The notes beneath the pieces were generated by a model. The model searched no databases, was not told the DNA's origin, and was given only the letters and a program-made list of their open reading frames with translations. Positions 61,262-64,000 of a DNA stretch of 64,000 bases are shown here, piece by piece (the first letter of the stretch is position 1; each line of letters begins with the position of its first letter). Origin of the DNA: Tubiluchus corallicola. Taxonomy: Eukaryota; Animalia; Priapulida. A program made the translations under genes and the position numbers. The stretch lies in the NCBI GenBank assembly GCA_030141605.1, contig JAQGDQ010000744.1:1-64000 (forward strand). The letters are read 5' to 3'.

Positions 61262-62125
61262 ATGGTGCACATCTTGATCGGGCATACAATGAGTAATTTA
61301 ACAAAAAATGCAACTGACAATGTTACCTGCCTAGAATACCTGCTCACTCTACAAATTGTATTACTTGCAGTGACTTGTGCTGCCATCATTGCTGGCAACT
61401 TGTTGGTGTTGGTTGCAGTTTGTTTATATGAGCAGTTGCAGACAAAAGTTAACATGTTAATCGCTTCTCTAGCGGTTGCAGACTTGTTAGTTGGACTGAG
61501 GTTACCATTTGAAATTTCTGATCTGTGCAAAGATCCAGAAGAACTTAAACAGAATTACTTCCGACAAGTGGTTGCAGTGACCTTGATGAATGTGAGCATA
61601 CTGCATCTGTGCATAATAGCTGCTGAGAGGTACACGGCAGTTCTGCATCCATACAGGTATGACACCTATGTTACATGGAAAACCGTGACTGCTGTACTCT
61701 GCACGACTTGGTTACTGGGGGCTGCAGAAGCATGCATTCCAAAGTTCGGCATGACTAAAATAATAATGCTTTTTGACGCATTTTTGTTTTTTTACTTACC
61801 AATGATCATTACAACCCTCTTGTATGTCTACGTATGGAGAGTAGCAAGGAAGCACGTGCTAAGAATTCAAGAAGCAACTCAGCAGATGAGAATAAAAGTG
61901 GCTGAGATGAAAGCGACAAAAATGCTAGTAGTTGTCACAGTTGCATTTATTATTTGTTGGGGACCGACATTCATTGCACCACCAACATATTTTTCAGGTC
62001 AGAGACGAATACTGATTTTATGGCTTGGATACAGCAACAGTTTTGCAAACCCTGTTATATATGCAGCATTAAACAGTAAATTCAGGATGGCTTTTCGAAA
62101 AATATGTCTATGCAAAAGTAACTGA
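61262..62125 (+). CDS. Intronless class A (rhodopsin-like) GPCR, adenosine/melanocortin-like orphan
   Basis: 287 aa with seven hydrophobic segments and the motifs GN (TM1), LAVADL (TM2), ERY (TM3), W (TM4), FYLP (TM5), CWGP (TM6), NPVIY plus FRxAF (TM7/helix 8). Confidence 0.92.
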   Translation: MVHILIGHTMSNLTKNATDNVTCLEYLLTLQIVLLAVTCAAIIAGNLLVLVAVCLYEQLQTKVNMLIASLAVADLLVGLRLPFEISDLCKDPEELKQNYFRQVVAVTLMNVSILHLCIIAAERYTAVLHPYRYDTYVTWKTVTAVLCTTWLLGAAEACIPKFGMTKIIMLFDAFLFFYLPMIITTLLYVYVWRVARKHVLRIQEATQQMRIKVAEMKATKMLVVVTVAFIICWGPTFIAPPTYFSGQRRILILWLGYSNSFANPVIYAALNSKFRMAFRKICLCKSN

Positions 62126-63439
62126 ATGTACGGCAAGCTTCCTCCCAAATTTTTCTATAGAGATGTCAGAAAAATGTATGGTAACCTTTGCCACAACATA
62201 GAGATGTTTTTATTATTACCAATAGCAAATGTTAGATGAGAAAAAAATTCCCATGCTTTATTAGCCGAGCTACCATGTGATTACAGTCTCTGTCAGAATT
62301 GAACTAAAACTTTTGCGCAATGGCATAATTCACAAAGAAGTACACGCAGTCTTTTATACAAAACAGAAAATGACATTAATGTAATTATAAGTCATGAAGA
62401 CAAAGCTCTGTAATAAAGTAAAGACGTAAATTGTTTTACAACAACTGTATGCTGATAATTATCAGTGTAGAGTGTATGAGTGGGTACAGGACATTTGGTC
62501 GCGCAAGATGACGGCAGCTGTCATACAACTTATGTCCAACATAACTCAATCACACAAGAATACATTACAATTTTTTTGTTTTATGCTACAAATCATGCTG
62601 CCTAATAAACTAAAATTACTGTGAGAATCCTTATCCACTGCCGATTCTTATCCGATTACTTTTAAAATATAACTTTTAGAACATTTAAAAAGTTTTTGTA
62701 AGAAAAAAATAATTATTTTCATGATTATGATTTTATAAAACTGTAAAAAACTACATATAGTAATTAATAGTATAACTCGCTTAGCACCTGTAAAAACACC
62801 TCTGCTGTATAAATAAGATTATCATGCATATTGCAAAAGATGCAGCAAAAATGCTGACTATTATTATTGATCTTAATATTTATAACCGTCCATTATTTAA
62901 TTCGCTTACTAACTAATCAAGGCTTGTCGTTTTCGAGTTGACAGCTAGTTGTAAGCAACTAATGAACTAAGTAACACATTCTAGGTTGGTTTTATCTACA
63001 GAATTCCTTGAATATAATATTGTAATACATATATAATACTAGTTAAATTGCTGCACTAGTTCTATTGACATTAAGCTCTGGTGAGAATCAACTTCTCTGT
63101 GACACACATTTCTGTTATTTACTGTTTTGTGATGCACTAGATAATTTTGCAATAAAATACTGTCATATTTTAATGAAATGCTAATGCAAACTTGCTCTGT
63201 TTTTACCTGCTCTGATTGTTCTTTTTAATAGCTACACATAAAATGCTGAATAAAAGTAAAAATAACAGAAAGTGCTAAATTAATTGATTGGTTTTAATTG
63301 TTATATCACATATTACTGTAAATGTTTAATGTAGTGAAGTAGTGACCCTTAAAAAATTATTATATTTAGGAAATTAAAGTGAGTCATAAAAAAATTAAAA
63401 ACAAAAGTAAAAAAATTACATACAACACTAAATTTTATT

Positions 63440-63530
63440 GGTGCCCAAGCACCTTATGTCCAAGTGTCCCGTGCCAAAATATCCCATGCCCAAATGTTCC
63501 GTGTCCAAAATGACCGTGCATAAATGTTAC
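63440..63530. repeat. Degenerate 15-bp tandem repeat
   Basis: GTGCCAAAATGTCCC-like units. Confidence 0.6.
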
Positions 63531-64000
63531 ATATCTGTAGATATTTGTATGTATAATCGATTTTTCAAAGCTTCAATGTTTTTTATTATTCAAATACCAA
63601 AATAAGTACTAATCAATTAGGCTTATCCTATGCACAATGTATTGACCACATGCTGTTTGTAACCCCCTAACTGACAGAACCAGAAAATCTTGGCAATAAG
63701 CCAAAATCATTGTTCGGATAAAAACAATCCGCCATCTCTGCTGCAGTATGGTAGTAAAACCGTCATTCCACAAATCCATTCTCACTCATTGACTGGATAT
63801 TGAAGTCAGGTATACTGCTGATACTTTTAGTCAGCCTTATGGCACAAAAGAGGTTAGAGCTTGGTATGGAAATATTTTGAAACTTTTGAAAAAAGCTCAT
63901 TTAAAACATCATACAAGTTACATTATGCAAAAACAAATTAAGTTATCAATAATCAACAAGCTCTATGTTAAATCATTTATGGGTTCAGTTCATTTTCATG

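Overview
AT-rich animal (probably invertebrate) genomic DNA with spliceosomal introns, so the ORF track is mostly uninformative and gene models were rebuilt by hand from GT-AG boundaries and phase. The minus strand carries three multi-exon genes of one EGF-rich cluster. Gene A (>58584 to 33523) is a type I membrane protein: pentraxin, 7-Cys EGF, novel 3-Cys module, pentraxin, 12 EGF, 6-Cys WAP, TM and a Cys-rich tail. Gene B1 (30548 to 19460) is a secreted calcium-binding-EGF array built from ~2-kb tandem duplications with live and dead exons, ending in an acidic Tyr-rich repeat. Gene B2 (16644 to <1328) is a paralog of gene A. Two orphan exons of the same family lie on the + strand (168-292 and 16957-17246). 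An intronless class A GPCR (61262-62125, +) and decayed GPCR copies sit in or just beyond the 5' part of gene A. Mobile DNA includes a 1.9-kb RTE LINE with a 12-bp TSD, a twister-ribozyme 5' end cut at its scissile site, a fold-back junction and an in-frame loss of the endonuclease. There are also decayed L2/CR1-group and Gypsy elements, many MITEs, and a 34-bp minisatellite with a 169-bp higher-order repeat. No searches were run; family assignments rest on recognised motifs.
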